In this document: piece by piece, positions 40,990 through 54,190 of the stretch | Position numbering within the stretch: position 1 is the stretch's first letter | How the letters are laid out: the number at the start of each line of letters is the position of its first letter | DNA from: Hydrolagus affinis | Lineage: Eukaryota | NCBI GenBank assembly: GCA_012026655.1 | Contig: JAAILG010000199.1 | Coordinates: 62,001-126,000, forward strand | DNA length: 64,000 nt | Reading direction: 5' to 3' | Translations under genes and position numbers: made by a program | Notes under the pieces: generated by a model | Seen by the model: only the letters and a program-made list of their open reading frames with translations | Told to the model about the DNA's origin: nothing | Database searches by the model: none

Positions 40990-41365
40990 CTTTTCTACCC
41001 AATTCCGCCCACAAAATACACAGTCAATTCACACAGCCCATGCTTTTAACTCCTGGCAAGCGGGTGGGGGTGGGGAATACTGAGAGTCAGTTACAGTCAG
41101 AGAGTGAAGTGCTTCGAGATGTCTCAATGAACTGATCAGCTGCTATATAACATGCAGGCATTATCGTATACTATAAACAATAATATTTTGGTAATTTCAA
41201 TCCACGACTATTTGTGGGACACTGCTGATTTGCTGCTGAATTGGCTGCCGCATTTCGCCCAAAAATATACAGTAAATTCACTTTACAGTGTATTCTGTGA
41301 AGCGCTTTGGGACGTCTAGAAGACATGAAAAGTGCTATATCAAAATGCAAGGATTATTATTATTA
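40990..41365 (+). mobile_element. Two tandem DeuSINE 3' halves
   Basis: The core and tail occur twice. The first copy is interrupted by about 65 bp of unrelated G-rich sequence. Confidence 0.75.
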
Positions 41366-41929
41366 TATCTCTACAGAGTAAATAATTTGTGTTGTCAAAA
41401 ACAGCAATTACAATCAAAACAGAATCATAATAGATCCCTTTTCAATCTCCTAACAATCACAAGCTTTTACTGCTTTTCTCAATATACTTTTAGCAGGAAC
41501 GACTGAGGCAAACTCATTTGCTTTCCCAGCTGTAACGGTCTTTATTGAGCCATCATATGTGATCTATATATTCCCATGTCAAATGACTACAGACATGCCA
41601 TTTCTGCTTTCATAAACACAGGTTATAGCAAAAAAAACACAATATTTTGATCACTCTCTATGAAAGATTGACCTGTTTTTATTTCTCTGGAATTGAGAGA
41701 ACAATTGATTTTTGCACTTGGCAATCCTCATATGGCAATTGATCAGACACTCAACCAATCTGTTTGGAACAAGGCATCATTTCCCAAACACTGATCACTA
41801 GATGATATTTTCTGTTCTCTATTTCTACATCTCTATAGATGGAGGGTAGGAAACTGGTGGTGCGTCAGAGCTATTATTTCTACGTCTGCAAGATTGATGC
41901 TCCACGAGTCATGCAGATAACAATAAATA

Positions 41930-42315
41930 CTAATAATAAGCGCTGCATTTGATATAAAGCATTTTCACACCACCGGAATGTCTTAAAGTGTTTTGCAGGA
42001 TATGCTGTCGATGTAATGACTGTATTTTTGGGGTGAATGTGACAGCAAATTTGGACATTGTTGGCCAGGGCACCAAGAGAAACTCTCTTCACAGTTTGAA
42101 CAGTACAATGAGACATTTAGCATCCACCTGAAAAGACAGACAAGACATCTTTAGTGTATCATTTGACAGTTTGCACCTCTCACAATATAGTGCTCTTCTA
42201 GCATCACACTGGGGTGTCAACCTGGACTATGATGAACTTAAAGTTCTGACAAGGGGGTTCAACCTACAACCTTCTGACTCAAAGACAAGAGTGCTATCAG
42301 CTGGACCAAGCTGAT
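41930..42315 (-). mobile_element. SacSINE1-like DeuSINE (old)
   Basis: Tail, Deu core and CTTCTGACTCAAAGACAAGAGTGCT head. Confidence 0.7.
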
Positions 42316-42849
42316 ATTTTGACGCACATATCACCTAAATATAGTATATGGCTGATTTATAGACATATTATAAGGCTTTTTTGGCGGGTTCGTTTCATAA
42401 GAACGTTACTAATGGAAGATATGTGATTGCCTCTGTGAAATTATACTGAAAACTACGCCACAGTGACAATGTTGATGAACAACATTGGTTTTGTACTCAT
42501 GTAGCTCACTGGTTGTTATTTTGTTTTGCTGTGCTAACAGGATGGAGTTTGACTGAGCTTTCTGTATTTGCTCTAGTACTGGGGTTTGTGCCAAACATTT
42601 CCTACTGAGAGATCAGCAATGATATTCATATCCCCAATTCCTAAACACATTAAAATATTTACTTTAGCTGAATTTCATAATATATTAGTACTTTATTCAT
42701 TGTAAGAAATTATTGGACATTACTTTTGCAATGGAAGAGTTGTGAGAATTTGAATTGATATCTGAAGACTCAGATGGGGCCAGAAAGAATAATACTAAAT
42801 GTATATTGAGGGCCCAAATCGTTGGGATTATTCCTAACCCACTACCAAC

Positions 42850-43170
42850 CTTGTCCGCTTCGCCTCTGGCCTGCTCCATGTCCCCCGACCCAGCCAATCC
42901 ACCATCGGCGGATGAACCTTCAGCCACTGTGTCTCCAGCCTCTGGAATTCTATCCCGCAATCCTTCCACCTTGCCCCCTCTCTAGACTCCATCATGTCCT
43001 GCCTCAAGACCCTCCTCTTCGACAGTGCCATCAGTCACCCCCCTTCCCCTCTCTTACCTCCACCCTCTCCAATCCCAACACCAGCTCAGGACTGACTGTT
43101 GAGCACCTTGGAATGTCCTCCCGACATGAAAGATGCGACACAAATGTAATTTTGTTGTTGTTCTTGTTGG
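42850..43170 (+). mobile_element. L2 LINE 3' end
   Basis: Pyrimidine-rich 3' region similar to the 15.6-kb copy, with stem-loop and (TTG)n. Confidence 0.82.
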
Positions 43171-45221
43171 TCTCAACTACTAATAAATGTTGTTTTGAAG
43201 ATAAGGTGCCCAAAACTGTAACAATGTTTTTCTAGGCAAACATTTGCAAATTACAAAAAAAAATCACTAGAGGAATAACAGACAAAAACATTTGGAAGCA
43301 AAAAAAAGACTTTAAAGCATTTAAGCTCTTTGTAAAGGTTCCTACATTATTTTCCCACCCTTCTCTTACCTTCCCCTCCCAAGCTTTCACAATCAAATGA
43401 TCTAGAAATTATCTTCCAGGTTTGTTAGTTGCTTCATTGTCACTTGCTGGTGTTGGATCCCAGCCAATGTGTCCATAATGATCTGTAGCTGTCATTCTAA
43501 ATTAAGATGGTAGAAGTAAACACTGTCAACATTTACCAGAGCAGGCCAATGCCGTCTCAGTGTGAAAAAGCTAACGAAGATCTGTCCCAGTATCTCTTGG
43601 CCTAAGTCAGGGATCGTCTAGCATGAATTTTGCTTGCTTTACAATGCTTCACACTTAACTTATAGAACAGTAAAATGATGCTTCTAATGTAATGCATGTC
43701 ATAAAATAGCATCTTAGAGAAGATTTTGTTTGTTGGAATGTTTGAAAACCTCATCTCTAAAGTTTTGTACTGTTTCCAGTTATTAACATCACACAACGTA
43801 GAGCACATTACAAGGAAGGAATGCCATCGAAGGTACTTTCAAAATATTTTCCTTCTGATAAAATTTTCATTGAAGTTGAACACTCCACAGTGCCTTTTAT
43901 TGCAGAAATTGAATGCATCCGAAGCTTGAAATCTGCCCTCATCTGTTCAATAGTAACAAACTTGAATTATTGCCCCACGATGAATAAAATGTGAAGAAAA
44001 TTCAATCCATCTCATTCCACGTTGCACAGTGGGTACTTGAAATGAAATCTCCTTTTTAGAGATCTGCATTCAATAGACAGCAACTTAGATGTGCATCAAC
44101 TCCTGTAACTATTCCATTACCTTCAGACAAAAAAAATAGTATTGGTGAAAGAAGAGAAACAGTGTCCTCTTAAAGTTTCTGGATATTAGTTTGATACTCA
44201 CAGATGCTCTGTCGAGATTTCTGTTTAAACTTAACCGTCATAACCTGGAAACTTTTGACACCTAACCCTATACCCTTTCATTTATTATCAGGGGTCATTC
44301 AATCATTTCCAATATTCTAATTTCAATAAAAGGCCAAAATGACAGCAGTCAGTGCTTCAAAGTGTTCCAGAATTCAATTAGAGAGGCTTGGAAACTATTG
44401 CACTGTTATTACTGAACAGCTTGTCATAGAAGTCTCCACTAAATAAAGTCCTAAGGCACAGATCAAGGCTACTGGAAGTGATTGTGTGGCAGTGAACAGA
44501 TTAAAGGTACAAAAAAAAACATTTTATTGAGAATTGTATTTCAAATATATCGAAAGCAAAAGTAGCACACCAGAGAAAACTTCGACCATCCAGCGTAATC
44601 ATAACTCATTCATGCCTCTGGCTCTCATGCATTATGGCTCTTCCACACTTGTTAAGGGAGCACTGCAGCCCAGTCACTGGGGAGGTGCTCCATGCTTCAA
44701 TATCACTTGGCTTCCATAGGAATTTTATCTCAGATACTGTGAACATATTTCCATTTTTGAAACAGCTTAATTTGTAACCAGTCTAAGTTTTAGTCAAATC
44801 CACCAGTTACCAGTTATTTAGGTTTTCTTTATTGGTTTATTCACAGTTATAAACCAAGTGGCTCAAGGCATATACACGCGGGAAAAAAAAGCCATCTTGT
44901 AATAAAAAAAAAGCAGAGAGCTCTCTTCTTGCTTCCATCACACTTTGAAAAATCAATGAACACTCTTGAACATGTTTGTTCTTGTGAGTAAATCATTGTC
45001 ATCTATGAAACAAAACAGACGGATAATAGCAGTTAGTGTACTTGTGTGTGAAAAAGTGTATTTAATAGTTCATTTTTTTTATAAACAATACTTGTTCACT
45101 TTTTAATGTGCTTTTGTTTTATAGATTTGAGCACACAGATTTTGTAGTATCATTTGGATTGAAGAAGGATAGGAACCATGACCACAGAATCAAGATAAGA
45201 ATATGATTTAATAAGAGAGGG

Positions 45222-45551
45222 ATAATAATTATAATAATCCTTGCATTTGATACAGTGCTTTTCACAACTTCTAGATGTCTCAAAGCACTTCACAGAATAT
45301 ACTGTAAAGTGAATTGACTGTGTATATGTGGGCGGGAATGCGGCAGCCAATTGCGCACAGCAGTGTCCCTCAAACAGCCGTGGATTGAAATGACAATTTT
45401 TTTGAGGGATTATTATCAGGCATTTGGAGTAAAGAAACCTGCCCAAGGTTTTGCCCTGCCTGGAACTGAATCAGGTCTCCCACTTACTATACAAATGTAA
45501 TTGTTGTTGTTGTTGTAAGGCGAGTGCTCTAACCATTGAGCTACAAGACTC
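45222..45551 (-). mobile_element. Full-length DeuSINE with a tiny opposite-strand L2 tail in its tRNA head
   Basis: The head consensus is broken at about 45486-45516 by CTATACAAATGTAA(TTG)n. Confidence 0.85.
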
Positions 45552-45974
45552 AAAACACAGAACATAAATATATTAAATGCAATGTTTAGATAAGGCATAG
45601 ATACACAACCTCAGTAAATCAGCGCATCAGGTTATGAAGTAAAGCTGAAGGCCCTTAATAAAAAACGAATGCAACTGAATTCTACCAAATGCCCTAAATA
45701 GCTTAAATTAATTGTAGTGCATGCAATCATACAAATGTATATGATAAATAGCGCCGGCTCGGTGCCAACTGCAAGTCAAATAAAAAACAGCTTTATTTGG
45801 GCTGAGATTATATAAGGGCAAGTCCTTGAAAATCTGTGCAGTCCTCTGTGTCTGAGGGAGTCCAGTTCCCCACTGATCAGTGAATATAATAACCTCAATG
45901 GTGTGAGATTCTGATGGATTTCTTCAAGACTGCACAAGGCTGCAGAAACCACTACTTCAATAAGCGAGTAGTAA

Positions 45975-46185
45975 ACGTATGGAACATGTTCCCAGGGAGA
46001 TAGTGGAAGCAAAAAGTGTGATGTGTTTCAAGAATAAATTAGTTAGGTTTATGCTAGAAAACAATAAAATAATATCCCGGGATACAGTACAGTATATAGT
46101 TCGGGACATGGCATATCAGACGACTGCCAGGTTGGTGCAACCAGATGAACCTCGTTCTTCTTTCGCCTAGCAAATTTCTATGTCA
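45975..46185 (+). mobile_element. CR1 3' fragment
   Basis: W N..PREIVEAKSVMCFKNKL.RFM matches the CR1 ORF2 terminal motif. Confidence 0.7.
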
Positions 46186-47438
46186 TTGTGTAACCATCTC
46201 CATGCTTACAAGTATCCAAGCCACACAGAATGCCACTTACTCTCATTCTGTGATTATGGGCTCACAAGCAGTTCAGTAAATTTACCAAGGAGCAGAGTCA
46301 GACTCGCACACCAGCCAGAGTAAATACTGTTGCAATTGACAACAATGAACTCTTCAATGTAGTGAATGTATCTAATAGATTTGATAATCTTATTTTAGGA
46401 TTAATCTCTAATGGAATTACACCTGGTAGTTGGGTGGCTATCAAAGTAATATTTTAGAATTTGCTGATGACACAGTGTAATTGGGTGTAGGGGTTATTTA
46501 GTCTAAAAGAAGCTTGCAGCAAACACTCTGCTTGCCAGCGTTACCAAATTCAGACGAGGAGTGCGGGATGAACAGTAACATAATAAATTCTGTTTATTGA
46601 AAAACCAATAAAGGAGCATATTCACTTAGCATTGAGCCCAGGAGAGAACTATGCTCTCATCCTTTCCTATGCGTCCTGTTGTCTTAGTTTTAACAATGCA
46701 TACCTGTTCTAAGATAGGTAGATGGTATGCAAGCAAACTGCTAGCACCTCTCTGGCTTAGCTCTAAATTTTGACAGTTAATTATGGAATCTCGGTTTGGT
46801 GATAAAACTGAATGTAGACAACTGCATTTTGAAAGCAATCAGCAATGTATGCTGAATGGTAACTTTCTTAACACAGGCCATAACTTGCCATATGAAGCAA
46901 TGTCCTGGCAGCTTCCAACCAACTCATCAGGATGGTCAATTCCGCAGGATTAACAGGAGACAGGTGGGTAGAATCAATGCCCACAATGTCTGGTCTGCCA
47001 ATTGGCAGGTTGGCTGGTCTGTCATCACCAGTCCCTCGTTTCTTTTGCTGGTATGGCCTCAGGAAATAAACTTTGAATTCTGAATTTAGAATTGTGATTA
47101 GTTTTTGATTGCTCACAATCAGTAAAATGTCAAATTCCTTGGAATCCCATTTTTTTGTTTGTTTGTTTCAGGCTTTCAAACCTTTTACATACATTAACAT
47201 TCGCATGGCATTTTAATAAATAGTATGGTTTATTCATAGCAATTTGTGACTGGACTATGTTTGATGCATTCCATCATTAATGATTTTTTTTAGTGACATG
47301 TCAGCTGTACAAGTTCATAAGTAGCTTTGAAAATGTGAAATCACATTAATAATCCAGAATTATTGCTGGCAAATGAATAATATATACACCAAATATTCAG
47401 CCATCAAATACATTACCTTATAACAATTTATGAGACTA

Positions 47439-47452
47439 CCACTAGAGGGAGC
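47439..47452 (+). promoter_or_regulatory. CTCF-like motif
   Basis: CCACTAGAGGGAGC has 1 commonly tolerated mismatch to CCASYAGRKGGCRS. Confidence 0.5.
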
Positions 47453-47848
47453 TTTGCAGCAGCTCATTCAGCCTCTTATACACCTTGCATACTGCCTTTC
47501 ACTTTTTAATATAAATTAGTGGCATTAAGAAAATTCTGAGTAAAATATATTCATTGTTTTCAATAATTTCTTTACAAATTACGTAGGACTATTTTTTAAC
47601 TCCATGTATATTATTAATATGTCAATTTAAAGCATCAGTGGTTATAACACGTTAGATTTTACAATTATTTTTAATTATCAAAATTTGCAAAACAACAATT
47701 ATTTTATTCTTGAATCAGCAATCTTGTTATCAGTTACTAATGCACTCCATTCTATTGTAGCTCAAATATTTCCTGGGACACACAACATTGAAACTCTATT
47801 CATAGCACTGCATATACAGTAAATTGTACACTTATTGGCATAATTATG

Positions 47849-48250
47849 TAATAATAATCCTTGCATTTAATATAGCACTTTATCACATCAAAATGTCTCA
47901 AGTGGTTTTCTGTAAAGTATCGTTAGTGAATGCAGATAGATGCGACAGCTGATTTGTGCATATCAATGTCTCTCAAATAGTTGTGAAGTGAATGTTTTTT
48001 AATCTGGAGGATTTATGGTCAGAGAGAAACTCACTTCTCTTTTCGAATAATGCCATGGGATCTTTTAATGTCACTTAAACAGACAGATGGGACCTTCAAT
48101 ATATTGTCTTCTCTGATGAAATGGCAATGCGAGATCAACTGAGCACTGATATTTAGCTTGGACAACAAGGTCAAAGTCCCAAATGCGGGGTTTGAACTCA
48201 CAATCTGCTGGTTCAGAAGCAAGAGTGCTGTCAGCTGAATCAGGCTAATA
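47849..48250 (-). mobile_element. SacSINE1-like DeuSINE (old)
   Basis: ATT tail, TGCCATGGGATCTTTTAATGTC core and GGGTTTGAACTCACAA head. Confidence 0.7.
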
Positions 48251-51200
48251 CTTAAGACATGAGAACTGAATTAAAATATTCGGGATCAATAACGTTTGAA
48301 ATCAAATTGTGCAGTAGAGTAAACAGAATAAAACATGGAGGAAGAATGTGAATCAAAACTTTGGGCCCACAGATTATTTTCTGGACATTAACTACAGAAT
48401 TTAAATACCGTGTTTCTCTTATTTCCTGCTACCTATTGTCCAATTGGCATTTTTAGGGTGATCTGTTGAAATGGTTTGCATGGACGCTAATCAAGAATGG
48501 GTATTTTACCTAAAATTGCAATAGATTTTTTTTTAACAGTATGAATTAATATCTCTGTTAAATCCTGTAAGATGCTTTTCCTGCCTTCTCCAAAAATAGT
48601 TGGTGGTGATTCAAGCATTTATTTTGGACTATTAATCATGTCTAAAAGGCATTTTAACTTGACACGATAGTATCAGCCCTTAATGAAATCTGTATGATTT
48701 ACAAACACTACACTATCTGTGGGAATATTGACTAAAACATGATGCCAAAATTGTTGCAGAAAGTTTGTCAACATCACTGAGCGTAAATATTGGAAGAGAA
48801 CTGTTGCAATTAAGATCATCCTTAACATATAAACATCGGAAAAGTGAGGAATTACAAGAAGGTGTTTTTAACCCTCCAAAAATCTCCACCACATTAACTT
48901 TAATATACTGTAGTAATAACAATTATAGGAAAAGGAGAAGATGCCATTTAATTGTGTTTTCCCAATATTTAGCTTCTTTCATTTCAGGTTAGAATCACTG
49001 CTTCTCCCAAGAGAGGTTAGAGAATACAATTTTGACAATTCTCTTGCAATATGAAGTACTATCCCTCATTGACATACCAGCTGGTACAGGTCAATGCTTG
49101 CAAATCCTCACGTGTGAGTTCCTGTTCTCAACTGGACTACTCACCTAAAATACACAGTCACTGTCCTTTACATTGAAACCTGTGAATCGCTTTGGTTGGT
49201 GTGATCAAGTGCTATATTAAATGTAAGAATTATTATTATTAATTCTTCAACAACTTGCATGTCAGGAATTTGAGCTCATCGTGCCAGTTGAAATTGAAAC
49301 TCAGATGCAGTGCAGTAGCTGCCAAAGGTGCTGTCTTTTGAGTGAGACATTAAACAAGAAACATTAAACAAGAAAGCTCAAGAAAAAGGCCTATTGTGTG
49401 TGGTTTCTTCGTATTCCATATTAAGTATGAAAATCAGGTTATAGCAAAATTTATCAAGCCCTTTTCTGAATGCAGCAATTTGTTTCCTTGATGAATCGAA
49501 CAAGTTTCTGACAGCTCGCTGTCTCAGTTTGAGATTGGAATACGTTAGAGAATAGTCGAGGAGAGGAAAGACAATGACTTACAAAACCTAATAAGTTGTT
49601 TAGAAAGAAATGAGTACAAATCAATAAGGTTAATATTTGTTTGTGATGCTTTCCCTACAGTCACAGATGATGTGGCAGATTTAATTTATGTAGTTATCGT
49701 GCACTATTTTTAATGGTTCACGCTGTGAAAGATTAGAAAGGCATTGTTCATTATATGTGGTCAGCATATGTATCATTATTTACTGCAATAACAACAATAA
49801 ATTGCATGGATATAGCTCCTTTCAGTTCAAAAGGACTGCCAAGGCGCTGGCTTACTATTTAAAAGGAAAACTCTTCTGGCAAATGCTTCAAGTGACCACT
49901 AATTTCCCCTGTGACACCAAATGGGTCTCCTTCATTTTTCACAGCTTTTCCCTACAGTTACTCTAACATCAAGGCCAACAAACAGTCGCTGGCTATTGCT
50001 TCGTGTTGTGCTAACCGCGCAGGCTTGGGAACTCCATGTTGCTTTGCAAAGCCTCCAGTTATGATTTTGTCTTTCCTGCAAGTGCTTTAAACAGTGAATC
50101 TTGTTCTTAAGAATCTAGTGCTTAATTCTTAATAAATTGTTGCTACTGTATTTTCAAAAATAAAAGGAAATTGTTCAATAGCTACTGGATGTGCAAGTTC
50201 CTCCCCAAGTCCCTCTGCTTTGCATTGTCCCTCTTGGTACTCAAAGCCCATCAGCAATACCTTTGGCCAACTCCTTCCGAATGTCTTAGATCCTAGCTTG
50301 CTCTTGTTTGCACTCCATCTCTGGTAAGGCGCTTTGTGACATTACTTTCAAGGAGGCATGTAAGTGTATGTTGTCTTGCAGTGTGAGGGGCAATTGGATT
50401 GACATGTTTGCAAACGGTAAGACCTTAGACTTTAAAAAATGTATATATAGTATATATAATGCCTTGCAATTTCTCTGCAGCAGATGTACCATTTGGAACT
50501 CAAGCTTACTGGAATCTCATGGATTTGTTGCATCACTGAGCCAGTCATACCCAACACAGATTTGCATTCTGTTGACCTAGGTCATGGTGAAGAGATCTCA
50601 AAATGTAGCCCTGACTAAGGGACTGCTAATGAGGGGCAGAACTATCTGAAGAGGTATTTATAAGGAGAATCACAACTTGACTTCCTTGCCCCAGCATGTT
50701 GATTCAATATCTTATTAATCAAAATATTATGGGTTTGAAAGGTTTACTTTTTCTATGAGCTTCTATATCAATACAAGTTCCCTCACCGAACCTCAAATCA
50801 TAGTTGACTTCAATTAATGAGTTGTCTGGGTTTGCTAATATTGTAACCTCAATTCTACCCAAATCATGGGTTGTTAGAACACAGATCAACATTCAGGACA
50901 ATTCTTTTGGATTCAAAAAATTGAAGGTGTCTTTCAGACTGTCACAACAAACTAGACTTTTATCGATTGGATCATTGATTGCAGCATAGATTATTATTTC
51001 ACCTCACTGACATCAATCCTCTTTCTATATAACCTACAGCATCTGTGTCTGCTGAATGCTAAATAGCTCTGTTACATTTCTCACAGTTATGGCCAGAGGA
51101 ATATGTGAATGTGGCAGAAACAGTTGGCAAAATTTTTCACTAATGCCTTTTTACTGTGAAAAATGCAACGTTAACCTTCAAGATGAAATAGAACTCTCCA

Positions 51201-51929
51201 ACACTTGTTAATCAATTCCCAGGTAAAAAAAAAAGTGTAGCTTGTGCACTTGATAGATTGCACCCAGAACCTTCGGACAATTGGCAATTCTCCTTCTTTT
51301 AAAAAAAATCTCATTGTGTTTGCTCTTCCTTGGCCCTGGTTGTACAGAAATAGACATGACAACTTGCTTTATTTTGCAATATCCTTAGTAATAAAATTAC
51401 ACTTAGCAGACTGACCGATGATGGCCACATCACAAGTAAATGGCTTATAAGACCCAGCAGCCTACATATTGAGTGAGATCATCATGGTTCACAGCCACAA
51501 GCAATAATAAAGCAACAGCTGACTCATTCTTTCTATTCACCTAACATTCTGCAGGTACATTTATCGCTTATTAGATTAAAAGTACCTTTGACATTACCTA
51601 TTATTTTCTCAGAAGATTACATTAAAGCTGGAAAGCGTATAAAAGTTGTCCTTTCAATCGCCGCTATTTGCTTTGTGCTTCATACATCACCAAGAAGTGT
51701 TCAGATGTTTTGTGGTGTATTATCACTCAGTCCTGTCATTCTTTTCTTAACACTCTTCTGCTCTTGGTTAATACCAGGAGGAAAGTATTAGAAGTTTCAG
51801 CAGATAAATGAATACATAAAGGAAGGGTATAATTACAGATTTTATGCTGCACCGCAAACTGCATATTTCTGAGGATGAAGTAGTGAAGAAAACTGGAATA
51901 TGCATTCGGGCTTCACCAGTTGTTTCCAG

Positions 51930-52330
51930 AAGAGAAAAGACTGAGGAATGAACCCCCGAGGAGCTGACTGCAAACCATGATGGAAACTACCCAAGAGTAA
52001 ATTGAGAATTTCACAAGAGACATTGGGAAAAGCAGAGCATTGGCCTGACTGCCTTCACAGTATATCAGTGTACAAAAGACATGTGAATGATGTCTGGAGA
52101 CCCGAAAAGACACCAAAAATTTAAGAGGTTTTTGATCGGATGCCATGGATACCGTTTTCCAGATCGTCGATGACATGTTGAAACATTCACTGGGGAAGAA
52201 AAGTCTCAATCTGGAATTTAACCTTCCGAACAAATCTACTGAGAGTCGTGAGCAGAAGCCAAGAAAGCCACGGAAATGTGGGACTCGTTGGAAGCCATTG
52301 AACCCCATTTGCCACCTCGGTATTTGTTCC
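51930..52330 (+). pseudogene. Probable fossil of an L1-type LINE ORF1 (coiled-coil plus RRM)
   Basis: One frame with stops reads ..LETRKDTKNLRGF*..DTVFQIVDDMLKHSLG..LNLE..EQKPRK, which parallels LENRSRRNNLRI..L.LERAHR..KPR. Confidence 0.4.
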
Positions 52331-53504
52331 TCCAAGAAGCCATCTATGCTAATCCCAATTCCTGCTCTCTTTCCTAACCTTCTAATGCATCTCCACAATA
52401 ACAACAACAACACTGACAGTTATATAGCGTCCTTCATGTAGGGTAGCATCCCAAAGAGCTGCTCGTCATGTTCTCATCCAGTTCTTTTTTAAATGCTCCC
52501 AATCGACTCTTCTCCAACATCCACTTTAGGTAAATCACTCCAATCCTGGACAGCCCTCTGGGAGAATGTCAATTATAAAGTGCTGATACTCTTAGTGATT
52601 TGCGCAAATTATATTTCTAAAGCTTTCTGCTATGGGATTATTATGCATAAAAATATCATCCTTGATATTGTAGATCTTTCACTTACATTGCCATACACAA
52701 ATCAACCTTAGTTGTCACCTCCAATACACACAGTTACCACAATTTATAGTAAATTCCCTGAAACCGCTTCATCAAAAGCAAGGACTATCCATCAACACAC
52801 TTCAATAACGTTCAAGAAAATAGTCTTCTATGTGAGATTTTATTCTATGGCCTCCATATACAATCATTAAAGCAAACAAAATACAATTCGAATAACATTG
52901 CAAGATTTTTATCAAAAATATTTTGAAAAATGTGCCAGAAGAGATGGAAGATTGTGGTATGAATACAAATGATGCAAAGCATTTAAGTCTGGCCCATTAA
53001 AACCTATTGAAAGCTCCATTGGCTTGCCCTATAAAGGTTAAGAGTCCACTTTTCATGTCTTTAAAAGAGCAAGATACATGATTGAATCTTTAAGAGTTTT
53101 AAAAGAAACTAACTTGGGTTAGAGCTCTCAACGTAATCCTCGTGTGAGGCAAATGAGCATTTTGGTTGTGATAAACATAATCGATTCCCTTTCTTGTATT
53201 GCTTTGTTGCTGGAAGAGATTTTGTAGAGTCTTTGAGAAAGTTTTTGGTTGAGTGAACAAGAGAAAAAAATATATTCAATGGGAGATAACATGGGTGGTG
53301 TGGTGATTGTCCTGGCGATCCTGTCAAAATTGCAGCATTTAAAAACATCACATTCTGAAATCGAGTTCACAAGATCACAATTTCGGCCACAAAATATATG
53401 GTCCATTTACTTCACAGTATATTCCGTGAAGCCCTTTGAAGCATTTCAAAGGTGTGATGAGGCACAATATCAAATGCAAAGATTATTATAAATTATTAGA
53501 ATCG

Positions 53505-53745
53505 GTTTGTATAAAACCAAACCTTTGGTGTATTCAATCATATCCCCTGAGAATACTTATCCGACTGCTCTGCCCATCACTGGTTCAAGCTTTTTATAAA
53601 TGAGTCCAGAGTCCTAGCCTCTACCACTTATCCTGATAAGCAGTTCCAGTTATTGATTAATTCCTACATCAAGAAAGAAATCATGGTATCTGTCATCAAA
53701 ATTGCCCTTTGCAGCTTTAACCTATGTCCTCATTTTGTAACCAGA
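53505..53745 (-). mobile_element. Old CR1 3' fragment
   Basis: TAAATGAGTCCAGAGTCCTAGCCTCTACCAC...GTTCCAG; similar to 57150-57365. Confidence 0.55.
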
Positions 53746-53756
53746 AACAATGCAAT

Positions 53757-54190
53757 ATTTGAAAGCGCCGAGTTTAATGAGAGACTTCAATGAGGAACAC
53801 CAGTGGACTTTTTCTTAACAGCCTGGTGGAATCCTGTGGGTATGGAATACAGCGAAGAGATGACACACAATGGGATAGTGGTGGGACTAAAGGCCGAAAC
53901 TTGTAAATTTACTGCAGGTGGATGCTGAATTTACTTTAGATAAAAGCAAAACAGTGGGAAAACAGCAGGTGTTACTGAGAAACAATTTCCAAGAGCAAGA
54001 AGTCAAACAACGATCTGGAAGCAACACAATGAAGAAAAAAAAGCCAAGAGAAATATCAAGACAAAAGAAAAGGTTGAAGTCTGTGCTTCCAATAATGCAA
54101 TCATTTGTCATAGTGTTGTTCAATTAAAAAGCAATGTGTCACTTATGTGGTAAGAAAGGTTATTTTGCACTTCGACACAGGTCAATTGAA
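53757..54190 (+). mobile_element. Gypsy (Mag-like) gag remnant
   Basis: Frameshifted RAEFNERLQ..VDFFLTA..ESCGYG..EEM...IVVGL..LQVDAEFTLDK, then a decayed zinc knuckle CHLCGKKGYFA. Confidence 0.7.

Noticed and set aside
49347-49374. 14-bp tandem duplication ACATTAAACAAGAA
   Set aside because: An ordinary local duplication at the edge of an old SINE fragment, with no functional signal.
51880-52100. Penelope RT motifs (KKTGICIRASPVVS; YKRHVNDVW)
   Set aside because: The motifs are weak and lie in inconsistent frames; the L1 ORF1 reading explains the segment better.
51913-52413. 166-aa minus-strand ORF with a Leu-rich start
   Set aside because: The start derives from a (TTG)n L2 tail, and the rest is antisense to the probable ORF1 fossil.
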